Positions 51,313 to 62,165 of a DNA stretch of 64,000 bases are shown piece after piece. The number at the start of each line of letters is the position of its first letter. The first letter of the stretch is position 1. The notes under the pieces were generated by a model. That model made no database searches and was not told the origin of the DNA. It saw only the letters and a program-made list of their open reading frames with translations. The position numbers and the translations under genes are program-made. Location of the stretch: positions 101,206-165,205 of the forward strand of contig CAVUHW010000006.1 of assembly GCA_963741205.1 (NCBI GenBank). The letters are read 5' to 3'. The stretch is from Nitrospirota bacterium. Lineage in GTDB: Bacteria; Nitrospirota; UBA9217.

Positions 51313-52149
51313 ATGCTGTGGATGCGGATGAACAGGTATCTCATCCTCAGGCGGTCAGTCCAGGTTTCGGTCCTGCTCCTGTTCATGGCGGGCCATTCTT
51401 GGGGCTGGAAGGCTCTCCAAGGGAACCTGAGCTCGTCCCGGATTCTGGGAACAATCCCGCTCGCAGACCCTTACGCCCTTCTCCAGACGGCATTTACCGG
51501 CACGCTGGTTGCCTCGGAGGCCCTGCTGGGGGGCGCTCTTGTGGTCGCTTTATTTGCACTTCTGGGCGGACGCGTGTTCTGCGGGTGGGTCTGCCCGATG
51601 AATGTTGTGACTGATTTCGCGGAGAGCGTGAGGAGAGCCGCCGGGACAAAGATTACCATGCCCTCCCCAACATTGAGCGGGAACGCGCGCTACTGGGCAT
51701 TGGGGCTGGGTCTTATCCTTTCATCCATCCTCGGCATCGCGGCCTTCGAGTGGATCAGTCCCGTTTCCGCCCTGCACCGAGGAATTATCTACGGCATGGG
51801 CGCCGGCTGGACGCTTGTTGCCGCCGTTTTCCTGTTCGATCTGTTCGTGCTCAGGCATGGGTTCTGCGGTCATCTTTGCCCGCTCGGCGGATTTTACGCT
51901 CTTATCGGCAGAGCCGGCATCTTGCGGGTCAGACATAGCGAGGAACGGTGCAGCCGCTGCATGGAGTGCGTGGAGCGCTGTCCGGAGCCGCAGGTACTGC
52001 CCATGGTCGGCAAAGAAAGCGGGTTCGTCACATCGGGGGAGTGCACCAGCTGCGGCAGATGCATCGACGTCTGCCCGGATCGTGCAATGCAATACGGCTT
52101 ACGGCTTTACAGCAGCACGCCTCGAAATGCAAAGGAGGTCAAATCATGA
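51313..52149 (+). CDS. napH: Membrane quinol dehydrogenase subunit
   Basis: GNLSSS, LADP, GGRVFCGWVCP, FEWISP, CGHLCPLG, two CxxCxxCxxxCP. Confidence 0.95.
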   Translation: MLWMRMNRYLILRRSVQVSVLLLFMAGHSWGWKALQGNLSSSRILGTIPLADPYALLQTAFTGTLVASEALLGGALVVALFALLGGRVFCGWVCPMNVVTDFAESVRRAAGTKITMPSPTLSGNARYWALGLGLILSSILGIAAFEWISPVSALHRGIIYGMGAGWTLVAAVFLFDLFVLRHGFCGHLCPLGGFYALIGRAGILRVRHSEERCSRCMECVERCPEPQVLPMVGKESGFVTSGECTSCGRCIDVCPDRAMQYGLRLYSSTPRNAKEVKS

Positions 52150-52694
52150 ACTGCCTACACATGGTCACCAGGTTGGTCTTCGGCATGGCGCTCGTGGTCG
52201 CCCTTGCCGCGGCAGGAGCGTCGGCTGCCGATAAGGCGAAAAGCGAGGATGAACTCGGCATCCGGAAGCAGTCTCTCACCGACGAGTCCAAGGTGCAGCC
52301 CGCGCATGGAGAGTACGGCAAGGCGGAGCCCGGCAAGAGCAAACCGCTCGGCAGGGCCTTCGAAAACAGCCCGCCGCTCATTCCTCACGACCTGACCGGC
52401 ATGCTGCCCATCGCCCAGACGAACAACATCTGCCTGAGCTGCCACATGCCGGAGCATGCACAAGCTCTCGGCGCGACTTCCCTGCCGAAGTCCCATTTCT
52501 TCGATATGGACACCGGCAAGGACCTTGCGGGGGTGCTGGACGGCAAACGGTACAACTGCATGCAGTGTCATGTCCCGCAGGTCAACATCCCCGAACCCAT
52601 TAAGAACACCTTCAAGGCCGATTTCCGGGCCAAAAAGTCGAAGACGAGTTCGAACCTGCTCGAAACATTGAATGAAGGAGTGAAGGCGGACTAA
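52146..52694 (+). CDS. napB: Di-heme cytochrome c subunit of Nap
   Basis: Signal peptide, RAFENSPPLIPH, CLSCH, SHF, RYNCMQCHVPQ. Confidence 0.95.
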   Translation: MNCLHMVTRLVFGMALVVALAAAGASAADKAKSEDELGIRKQSLTDESKVQPAHGEYGKAEPGKSKPLGRAFENSPPLIPHDLTGMLPIAQTNNICLSCHMPEHAQALGATSLPKSHFFDMDTGKDLAGVLDGKRYNCMQCHVPQVNIPEPIKNTFKADFRAKKSKTSSNLLETLNEGVKAD

Positions 52695-52695
52695 C

Positions 52696-52992
52696 ATGAA
52701 CGTATCGAGCCACGTGATAAAGGTCGCTCCGGAAAACCTGGAGACGGCCGTGGATTCGCTGAAGCAGTCGGGGCTGTGCGACGTCTTTTTCCACGATCCA
52801 CAGGGGACGATCGTCGTGACGATCGAAGGCAAGGACGTCGGCGAGGAGATGGACAAAATGAGGGCGATCCAGAAGCTGCCTTTTGTCCTATCAGCAGCCC
52901 TTGCTTATTGCTACAACGAAACCGAGCTGCATGAGGCGGCGGTGACGTCCCTGCGTGACGGCGCCGTGCCCGATGCCCTGAAGGGAGAGTGA
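52696..52992 (+). CDS. napD: NapA signal-peptide chaperone
   Basis: MNVSS.VI, G.IVVTIEG, I..LP.VLSA.L.Y. Confidence 0.9.
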   Translation: MNVSSHVIKVAPENLETAVDSLKQSGLCDVFFHDPQGTIVVTIEGKDVGEEMDKMRAIQKLPFVLSAALAYCYNETELHEAAVTSLRDGAVPDALKGE

Positions 52993-53999
52993 TGGACGGA
53001 CACGTTCATGAAACGGCGAGGCAGGACGGTGACAGAGCCGGGTTCGAGGACCTTCTCAGGGAATCAGCGCGTCTGCACGGGCACTTGTGCGCGGGCCAGG
53101 TGCTCGGCGCGCGTATGGCGGTCCTCGGCCTCCGGGAGGCCGGCATCAGCGATCCCCGGGGCGCCGACCGCAAGAACGTCATGGTGTTCGTCGAGATGGA
53201 CCGGTGCGCCGCCGATGCCATCCAGTCCTTAACGGGTTGCACCCTCGGAAAAAGAACACTCAAGTTCCTTGATTACGGCAAGATGGCTGCGACCTTTGTC
53301 AATCTTCAAACAGACAAAGCCGTCCGGGTCGTGGCAAGGGACGACGCGCGGGAAAAGGCCAGGCAGCACATCCCTGGCATTGAGGACAAATACGCAGCTC
53401 AAATCGAAGCGTACAAGATCATGGATGACCGGGATTTGTTCCATGTTCAGAACGTCAGCGTGCAAGTCAGGCCCGAGGACATGCCGGGCAAGCCGCTCAG
53501 GAGAACGCAATGCAGTGTCTGCCGCGAATATGTTCAGGATATGCGGGAGGTCGTCCGAAATGGTGAAGTTTTTTGCAGACCTTGCGCAGAGGGTGGCTAT
53601 TATTCGGGCCAGGATTTATTTAAACGGTCCGTTATGCAAAATAGTCATAACGCTCTGGAGGTCCGGTCCAAGGTTTGGATAGAATCAGACGGAGAGCCGG
53701 TTTTCGGCCGAGGCAGGCTTTTTCTGCTCGAAGCGATCGATACCCACGGATCGATCAACCGCGCCGCCGCTGAGGTCAACATCTCCTTTCGCAAGGCCTG
53801 GAGCCATGTCAAGGCCATGGAGGAGCGGCTCGGCATCAAACTGGTGGAGCGCCACGCAGGCGGGAAGAACGGTGGCGGCGCAGTCCTGACGAGCGACGCG
53901 CGGGAGTTCCTGAACAGGTACCGAACGATCGATGAAAGCGTCAGGCATGTTGTTGACAACAATTTCAGGAACATCTTCGGAAGCGGACAGCGTAGTTGA
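52989..53999 (+). CDS. FmdE-family domain plus Zn ribbon fused to ModE-type winged-helix domain
   Basis: HGHLCAGQVLG, DRCAADAIQ..GCTLGKR, CSVC..CRPC; then SKVWIE..GEPVFGRGR..LLEAI..GSIN.AA..SFRKAW..GG..GGGA.LT. Confidence 0.88.
   Translation: MMDGHVHETARQDGDRAGFEDLLRESARLHGHLCAGQVLGARMAVLGLREAGISDPRGADRKNVMVFVEMDRCAADAIQSLTGCTLGKRTLKFLDYGKMAATFVNLQTDKAVRVVARDDAREKARQHIPGIEDKYAAQIEAYKIMDDRDLFHVQNVSVQVRPEDMPGKPLRRTQCSVCREYVQDMREVVRNGEVFCRPCAEGGYYSGQDLFKRSVMQNSHNALEVRSKVWIESDGEPVFGRGRLFLLEAIDTHGSINRAAAEVNISFRKAWSHVKAMEERLGIKLVERHAGGKNGGGAVLTSDAREFLNRYRTIDESVRHVVDNNFRNIFGSGQRS
53630..53652. promoter_or_regulatory. ModE-box-like perfect palindrome inside fmdE-modE
   Basis: CGTTATG-CAAAATAGT-CATAACG in an AT-rich linker, overlapping an in-frame ATG at the start of the wHTH domain. 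Confidence 0.6.
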
Positions 54000-54048
54000 A
54001 ACGCCACCGGAGAATAGGATAAGTTAGGGAAAGGACGGGAGAGCTGCT

Positions 54049-55227
54049 ATGTGCGATGATTCCAGCGTTGAACGGGACGAACACGGGGTGATGATGACTG
54101 TACCAGTGGCCGATGCCGTCGGCATGGTCCTCGCCCATGACATCACAGAAATCCGCAGGGACGAGTTTAAGGGGGCCGCGTTCAAAAAGGGGCACGTCAT
54201 CCGCGTCGAAGACGTTACGCATCTGAAGCGGCTGGGCAAAGAGCGACTGTTCGTCCTCTCCATCGCCCCGGATGAGATGCATGAGGACGACGCGGCGGCG
54301 GCGCTCGCCTCGGCGCTCATGGGAAAGGGCGTCAGGGCCGAAGGGGGGCCGCGGGAAGGGAAAATAAATATCGTCGCCGAAACGGACGGGCTCCTCAGGG
54401 TAAACCGGGAGGCGCTCCTTTCCCTGAATATGCTGGGCGACGTCATGTGCGCGTCGCGCCATGGGAACACGCTGGTGAGAACGGGGCGGGTCGTGGCCGG
54501 GACGAGGGCGATCCCGCTCGTTGTGAAGCGCGAGGTGATCGCTGCTGCGGTAGCCATCTGCGAGGACGCCAGGAAATCGGGGGCCGCGGTCATCGAGGTA
54601 GCCGGTCTTCGAAAGCCCAGGGCCGGGGTCGTTATCACGGGCAACGAAGTCTATCACGGAAGAATCAAAGACGCTTTTGCGCCGGTCATCACGAAGAAGA
54701 TCGAGGCCTTCGGCGGCGAGATCGTCGGGCTCTACTATGCGCCCGATGACGCAGTGTTCATTGAACAGCGCCTGCGCGAGCTCCGGGGCGCCGGGGCTGA
54801 CCTGCTGATCACGACCGGCGGCATGTCCGTGGACCCCGACGACGTTACGAGGTTCGCCATCCGCAACCTCGGCGCCATTGACGTTACCTACGGCGCGGCA
54901 GTGCTGCCGGGGGCGATGTTTCTGGTGGGGTACCTTGAAAAAGAGCGACACGGCGACGCGGAGACGCAGAGACGCGGAGATGAAAAAATTAAAGAAGAGG
55001 ACAAAGTTGGTTTGTCGCCGCGTCCCCCCATCCCCCCCTCTCCCATTCCGATTTTAGGCATTCCCGCCTGTGGCATGTATCATGCCGTTACGGTCCTCGA
55101 CCTGGTCCTCCCGCGGGTTCTCACGGGTGAGAAGATCGGCAGGAAGGAACTGGCCGAACTTGGCTACGGCGGCCTCTGCCTCCACTGCAAGGAATGCCGC
55201 TACCCGGTCTGTCCCTTCGGAAAGTGA
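54049..55227 (+). CDS. MoeA-like molybdopterin-binding protein with in-frame repeat insertion
   Basis: AVGMVLAHDITEI, AFKKGH, EGK, TGNEVY.G.I.D.F, TGGMSVDPDD.T, YG..VLPGAMF, G.PAC, GGLCLHC..C.YP.C.FGK. Confidence 0.88.
   Translation: MCDDSSVERDEHGVMMTVPVADAVGMVLAHDITEIRRDEFKGAAFKKGHVIRVEDVTHLKRLGKERLFVLSIAPDEMHEDDAAAALASALMGKGVRAEGGPREGKINIVAETDGLLRVNREALLSLNMLGDVMCASRHGNTLVRTGRVVAGTRAIPLVVKREVIAAAVAICEDARKSGAAVIEVAGLRKPRAGVVITGNEVYHGRIKDAFAPVITKKIEAFGGEIVGLYYAPDDAVFIEQRLRELRGAGADLLITTGGMSVDPDDVTRFAIRNLGAIDVTYGAAVLPGAMFLVGYLEKERHGDAETQRRGDEKIKEEDKVGLSPRPPIPPSPIPILGIPACGMYHAVTVLDLVLPRVLTGEKIGRKELAELGYGGLCLHCKECRYPVCPFGK
54947..55044. repeat. 8-mer tandem repeat palindrome (family G) inside coding sequence
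   Basis: GACACGGC GACGCGGA GACGCAGA GACGCGGA GA ... TCGCCGCGTCCCCCCATCCCCCCCTCTCCC. Confidence 0.75.
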
Positions 55228-55250
55228 TGCTGCCCGCCCCCCGCAGACGT

Positions 55251-55278
55251 TTGACAACGGTCCGTCCGATGCTATCAT
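55251..55278 (+). promoter_or_regulatory. sigma70-type promoter
   Basis: TTGACA-N16-TATCAT with extended TG. Confidence 0.5.
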
Positions 55279-55285
55279 TAAAGAC

Positions 55286-56183
55286 ATGATGGTTCATCAG
55301 GTATGCTGCGGGATTCTCGGCTTGGTGCGGGATAATTTTCTCTGTGGATCAACGACGGTCTTGTTGTCCATCGCGATGCTTTTTACCGTGACAAGCGCCG
55401 CCCATGCCGAATGGTTTACCGAAGCTGACATCAGAGCGGTTTACGACGACAATGTCAATCTCGCTGCTAATAAGCAGAATCGTAAGAGCGACGCCTCCCT
55501 GCAGTCCTCTGCCTCGTTCGGGCATTACTCGCAGCTTGCCGATTCAACCGGTCTCGCCGTCTCTGCCGAGGCCAAGTACATCGACTTCGCCCGGTTCGGC
55601 GGACTGGACAATCTCGAAGCGGGTTTGACAGCTTCCATAAAGTATAAATGGGGACTGGGTTCGTATGCTCCATGGATCAGGGTTTTCGGATCGGCGAACG
55701 TACGCCGATTTTCGTGAAGATTTCAGGGACGGAGTATTCGGTCCGGACGGGACTTTCGCTGGGAAAGCGGATGAACGAGAGGATCTTCACGCAGATCGAA
55801 TATGAATATGACGAAAGCAGCGCCCGTAATTCGCGGTTCGACACGAGAAACAGCGCTGTTTCCGCGAGGATCGATTATCTTTTAACAGAATCGGTGCAGG
55901 TCGTGGATCGGCTATGCCTTGGGCAACGGCAAGTATGTGATATATACCCCCGTCAACCGTGCCCGCCCCACTGTTCCGGGCGCCGTCATCGTGGATACCT
56001 TTCAGGAGCCGATGCGCTCGCGTTCCAGCTGCCTGCCACTGCCCAGGTATTCTCTCTCGGCGCGAGTATAGCCCTGGCAAGGCACTGGTCCGCGGATATC
56101 AGCGCCGATTTTGCTGATATATACGGAAAGGGAGACACTATCCTGATTCAATCTATAGGGCGGGCATCGTCTATTCCTACTGA
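55286..56183 (+). CDS. Putative outer-membrane beta-barrel protein (frameshifted; start uncertain)
   Basis: Signal peptide ..SAAHA|EW, YDDNV motif, amphipathic strands; shifted C-terminus IYRAGIVYSY* ending in an aromatic residue. Confidence 0.65.
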
Positions 56184-56209
56184 TTCATGTCGGGTCGCGA
56201 GAGGGGAGA

Positions 56210-56903
56210 ATGATTTCATCACGGCATCATCGAATGTATTCTGTCAGCGTTCATGGCAATCTGCTCGCTGTTATTCGCCGGCAGCGCCTTCGCGATGAAC
56301 GTGCGCGCAATCGTGCAGGACGATGCCGGGAAGCCGGTCAAGGATGCGGTCGTCTACGCTGCTCGCCCTGGACAATACGGCGCCGGCGCCCCACCCCGTC
56401 CGGGAGGCGATCATGGACCAGCAGGATGAAGAGTTCGTTCCCTATGTGCTCCCCATTCAGGCGGGAACGACCGTGTATTTCCCGAACAAGGACAACATCC
56501 GGCATCATGTCTATTCGCTCTTTCCGCCGAAAAAATTCGAGCTGATGCTCAACAAGGGCACGCCTCCCGCGCCCGTCCTGTTCGACAAGCCGGGGGTCGT
56601 CGTGCTCGGCTGCAATATCCATGACTGGATGATCGCCTACATCCTCGTGCTGGAGACCCCCTATTTCGCCAAAACCGGCGAGGACGGCAAGGCCGAAATA
56701 CGAAATCTTCCTCAAGGAACGTATGAGGTGCGCGCGTGGCATCCGCTCATGAAAGAAACCGCGGAATCCACGGGAAAACGCGTGGCCGCGCCCTTGCGGG
56801 ACGGGGCCAGCAAGCGAGGTCGAACTCGAGTTCTCGGATTACGCTGAAACCCGAATGGAGGCCGCATCGCGTGCCGGCGTCCCCCGGAGGAGGATACCGC
56901 TGA
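56210..56903 (+). CDS. Exported cupredoxin-like protein ('methylamine utilization protein'-type; frameshifted)
   Basis: MDQ...FVP.VL....GT.V.FPN.D..RHHVYS, GCNIHDWM (C-x2-H-x2-M), followed by PYFAKT..DG beta-sandwich. Confidence 0.8.
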
Positions 56904-59275
56904 TGCCGGGATTCCGGAGCCATCAGGGACGCATCCTTTTCTTCTTTCTCGGCTTGTTCATTATTGTCCAGGCGCTTGCGTTCCTCTCCGTCAACACCGT
57001 CGTCACCCAGAATGCCCACGCGCAGATCAAAAACGAACTGCTGGCCGGCGGAAGGGTCTTCGAACGCCTCATTAAGGTCCGCACGGATCGCCTTATCCTG
57101 GCTGCCCGGACGCTGTCGGGCGATTTCGGGTTCAAGACCACCTTTGCCGACGGCGACAAGCCCACGCTGCTTTCCGCGATGCGCAATCACGTTGGCCGCA
57201 TCCAGGCCGACGTCATGCAGCTCGTCTCCCTTGACGGCGACATTATCGCGGATACGCTGCATCCGGAAGCGGCGCTGTCAAAAGTTTTACCTCCCCCGCC
57301 TGATCGCAGCCGCGGAGCAATCGGGAGAGGCGTCGGCAATGGTATTTATCGAAGACCGCCTCTATCAGGTCGTGGTCGTTCCCCTGCTTGCGCCGGTGCC
57401 CGTGGCGTGGATCTGCATGGGATTCACGATCGACGATTCCCTGGCCCGGGAACTGCAATCACTTCACACCCTGGATGTCACGCTGGTAAGGGAACGCCCT
57501 CACGAGCCCCCGGTCATTTTCGGGTCGACCTTGTCCGGCGGGCTGCGGCAGGCGTTCGCCGCGGCCGTACAATCGGCAACATGGGACCCTGAAGGGGTCG
57601 CCATCGCGGACATGGGGGGCGTTAAATATGTAAGCCTCTCCCTGGAGCTCGACCGGCAGGGTGATTCGTCCGTGAAAGTTTTCCTGCAGCGTTCCCTGGA
57701 GCAGGCCCTTCTTCCGTTCAATCGCCTCCGAAAGATCCTGATCGCGCTCTTTGCCGCAGGCGTGGTCATCACGCTGGCCGGCGAGCGTCCTCGTCTCCCG
57801 AACGGTGACAAAACCCGTGCGCCTGCTCGCGGAAAGCGCCCGCAGTATCGAGCAGGGTGATTATACGCACACCGTGCGCGTGGGCAGTCAGGATGAACTC
57901 GGCCGGTTGTCTTCGGCATTCAACAACATGATAGGGGCCATCGCCCAGCGGGAAGAGCAGATCAAATTCCAGGCTTACCACGATACCCTGACCGGCTTGC
58001 CGAACCGGGCGTATCTTCAGCTGCGCCTGGAAAAGGCGGTCGCCGCTGCCCGGCCGGGAAATGTTCCTCTTGCGCTGATCGCGATGGACATCAGCCGCTT
58101 GAGGGACGTGAATGCGGCGCTCGGCCATGCAACGGGAGATGTCATTCTGCGGAGCGTGGGTGTCCCTTCTCAGCAATTCAATCCGGGATTCGGCCGTCGT
58201 GGCGCGCATAGGCGGAGATGAATTTGCCGTGCTTCTGCCGGCGGGGCAGGGCGTCGACGGCGCGGTGGCTCCACGTGCAAAAATTATTGAAGCTGCTCGA
58301 AACGCCGATTCCGGTCGCCGGGGCCCCGATCCAGATCGAAGCGAGTTTCGGGGTCGCTGCGCATCCTGCGCACGGGGATGACGCGGACACACTCATGAGG
58401 CACGCGGAAACGGCGATGCATCTCGCGAAGAATATTCCGCGCGGTTATTCCGTGTACGTGCCCGAATCGGACCAGCAGAGGATCCGTCAATTGACCCTTC
58501 TGGCGGAACTGCGGCATGCCATAGAACATGAAGAAATGGTGCTTGTACTATCAACCCAAGGTGAGTTTTGTCACGGGCCGCATAACCGGCATGGAGGCCC
58601 TCATCCGGTGGAAACATGCCGAGCACGGTCTCATGAATCCCGATGATTTCATGCCTCTCCTGGAACAGAACGGGATTGATCAGGCCGCTGACGTACTGGT
58701 CGCTCAAGGCGGCCATAGAGCAATGCGCGCGACTGAACGAGACCGGGCTCAACCTTCGCATGGCGGTCAACCTCTCCGCGAGGATGATATCGGACCTTCA
58801 ACTCCCGGAGCAGGTGACTTCCTTCCTGGATTCCTGCGGAGTGCCGCCCGAGCAATTACCCTGGAGATCCTTGAAAGCGCAATTATGGCCTATCCGGAGC
58901 GCACCATGGACTAATGTCACGCGTCTTGACGCCACCGGGGTGCTGCTCTCCGTAGACGACTTCGGGACCGGCTATTCTTCGCTGTCGCACCTTCAGAAAC
59001 TGCCCGTGGATGAACTGAAGATCGACAAGTCGTTCGTCCAGGACATGGACACGAACGCGAACGACGCGACGATCGTGCTCTCGATGATCGAGCTGGCTCA
59101 CAATCTGGAATTAAAAGTTACCGCGGAAGGCGTCGAGACTCAACAGATCTGGGATTTACTCAAGTCTCACGGGTGCGACCTTGCCCAGGGATACTTGATG
59201 AGCAAGCCGATGACGATCGATGAGCTGATCCGGTGGGCGAAGGAATCAAGGTGGGGACTTGAGAAAGAAGGATAA
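56903..59275 (+). CDS. Membrane Cache-HAMP-GGDEF-EAL c-di-GMP enzyme (several frameshifts)
   Basis: TGATG overlap with cupredoxin; two TMs, DELGRL..AFN.M, D.LTGLPNR, IGGDEF, YQP, EAL, DDFGTGYSSL, LKIDKSF, AEGVE, QGY. Confidence 0.88.
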
Positions 59276-59403
59276 TATCCCGGAAGTCATCAGAGCTTAG
59301 CAGAAGGTGGCTTGCTGCGCTCCAAGGCTTCGGGTGGGTTCCGTGGAAAAGGCGAGGTCTTGCGGGCCGCGTTTGAAAAGGCGGGGATACCCCGTCGGAT
59401 GCT

Positions 59404-62165
59404 CTATTGATTTTTCGCTGCCAAATACTCCCTGAGATATCTCCCGGTATACGATTCTTCGGCCTTCGCCACTTCTTCCGGCGTTCCCTGTGCAACGATC
59501 CGGCCGCCCGCTTCCCCGCCTTCGGGTCCGAGGTCGATGACCCAGTCCGCAGTCTTGACCACGTCGAGGTTGTGCTCCACGACGATCACGGTGTTGCCCG
59601 CCTCTACGAGCGCGTCCAGGACGTCGAGCAGTCTTTTCACATCGTCCATGTGGAGGCCGGTCGTGGGCTCGTCAAGGATGTAAACCATGTCGTACAGTTT
59701 CCAATCGCCCAGCTCATGGGATATCTTGAGCCGCTGGCTTTCCCCGCCGGAAAGCGTCGTTGCCGGCTGCCCAAGGCGGAGGTATCCGAGCCCGACCTCC
59801 GAAAGCGAACGGAGTTTGTTCTGGATTTGGGGATGACCCTCGAAGAACGAGAGGGCCTCGCTCACCGTCATCCGGAGCACGTCGGCAATGCTTCTTCCCT
59901 TGTAGAGGACCCTGAGGACCTCCGGTTTGTAGCGCCTGCCGCCGCACCGCTCGCAGGTGACGAACATGTCCTCGAAAAAGTACATCTCGATCTTCTGGAC
60001 GCCGGCCCCGTTGCAAGCCGCGCACCTGCCGCCCGCCACGTTAAAGGAAAAATGGCCGGGACCGAACTTTTTCCGTTTCGCGTCCGGAAGGCCTGCAAAA
60101 AGCCTCCGGATGAGGTCGAAGGCCTTCACGTACGTGACCGGATTGGAGCGCGGAGTCTTGCCGATCGGCTCCTGGTCTATGAGCTTCACGCCCTTGATAT
60201 GCCCGAGCCCGAGGAGCTCCCCGTACTTGCCGGGCTTATCAGTCGAGAGGGCGAACTCGCGCGCAAGGGCCCGGTACAGCGTGTCCTGGACGAGCGTGGA
60301 CTTGCCCGAGCCCGATACGCCGGTGATGCAGGTCAGGGTCTGGAGCGGAATGCGCACGTCGATCCCTTTGAGGTTGTGTTCCGAGGCCTGGCGGACCTCC
60401 AGGAACTTTCGCTCCTGCTTTCGCCTTCTTACCGGGACCGGGATCGTCTCCTCTCCCGAGAGATACTTTGCCGTAAGACACGAACTCTTCAGGAATTCGT
60501 GTTTCGGTCCTGCGAACACGACGCGGCCTCCGCGCTCGCCTGCTCCCGGCCCCATCTCTATTACCTGATCAGCCGAACGGATGAGCGCCTGATCGTGTTC
60601 GACCATGAGCACGGTATTGCCCGCCGCGGACAGTTCCCGGATGATTGCCGAAAGCCGGTCCGTGTCGCGCGGGTGGAGGCCTATGCTCGGCTCATCGAGG
60701 ACATAGAGAGTTCCGGTCAGCTTAAGCGCAAGCTGGTTCGAGAGATTCACGCGCTGGGCCTCGCCCCCCGAAAGTGTGCGCGTCTGCCTGTCGATCGTGA
60801 GATAGCCCAGTCCCACGCGAAGAAAGAAGGCCAGTTTCATCTGGAGCTGTGAGAGGATCTCGTCTGCCGCCTGGCGTTCGAACCCGGTGAGTTCGAGACC
60901 CTGAAACCATGTCGAGAGCTCCGCGACGGGTATGGCCGACACCTGGGAGATGTTCTGCCCGCCGATCTTGACAATAAGCGCCTCGGGCTTGAGCCTGGTT
61001 CCCTTGCAGACCGGACAGGTTGCGGCGCTGCGGTATCTGCTGAGGAACACCCGCACGTGGAGTTTGTAGCGCTTGCCCTGGAGGTGTTCGAAGAAATCAT
61101 CGATCCCGTAAAAATCTTTGGTCCCCTTGAACATCATGTCACGGTCGGACTTCGGGAGCTCCCGGTACGGAATATCCGTGTTGAGCCGCGTTTTTTTCGC
61201 GCCCGAAAGCATCTGGCGCATCCACCATTTATTCGACGGCTTGGTCCAGGGCTCGATCGCGCCTTGCTTGAGGCTCAGGGACTTGTCCGGAATGATGAGG
61301 TCCTCGTCATAGCGCAGGATATTGCCGAAGCCGTTGCATTCTTTGCAGGCGCCGAGCGGATGGTTGAAGGAAAAAAGAAGGGGCTGCGGAGGCTCGAAGA
61401 TCGTCCCGCAGGAAGTGCAGGTGAGGGCCTGGCTGAAGCGCACGGTCTTTTCCCCCAACACCTCGACAAGGACCTCTCCCTTGCCCTCCCGGAGCGCGGT
61501 TTCCAGGGACTCGACAAGCCGTGCCCGGGAATCGGGAGTGACGACGAGACGGTCTAGGAGCACGAGAAGTTCGGTCAGGTCCCTTCTCGGCCGGATCGAT
61601 TGCCGAAGTCTCGACGATTTCATCTCCGAGCTTGATCCTGCCGAAGCCCTTGCTCTGGAGCTCCATCAAGAGAGCAGCCAAGCCGGCCTCGGGAACGGGG
61701 ACCTGGAACAAGACGTATATCTTTCTTCCCCGGATAGTCGCGCAGAAGATCATCGGCGATCGAGGAGGGATGAGAGCGCTTCACCTCAATTCCGCATTTC
61801 GGGCAGACGATCCTTCCGATCCTGGCAAACAGCAGCCGGAGATAATCGTATATCTCGGACACGGTCCCGACCGTCGAGCGCGACGTCCTGACCGGGTTTC
61901 GCTGCTCGAGCGCGATGGCGGGCCGCACGTTCCGGAGTTCGTCCACATCCGGGCGGTCCAGCTTTTCGAGGAACATCTGCGCGTACGTGGACAGGGACTC
62001 GATGTAGCGCCACTGCCCCTCGGCAAAGACCGTGTCAAAGGCCAAAGACGACTTGCCCGAGCCGGAAAGCCCGGTGACCACGGTCACGGCATCGTGCGGG
62101 ATCCTCACGCTCACGTTCTTGAGGTTGTTCTGCCGCGCGCCCTCTATGATAAGTTCGGATTTCAT
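59404..62165 (-). CDS. uvrA: Excinuclease ABC subunit A (frameshifts near 61740 and 61600)
   Basis: [70 protein letters not shown]. Confidence 0.95.
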
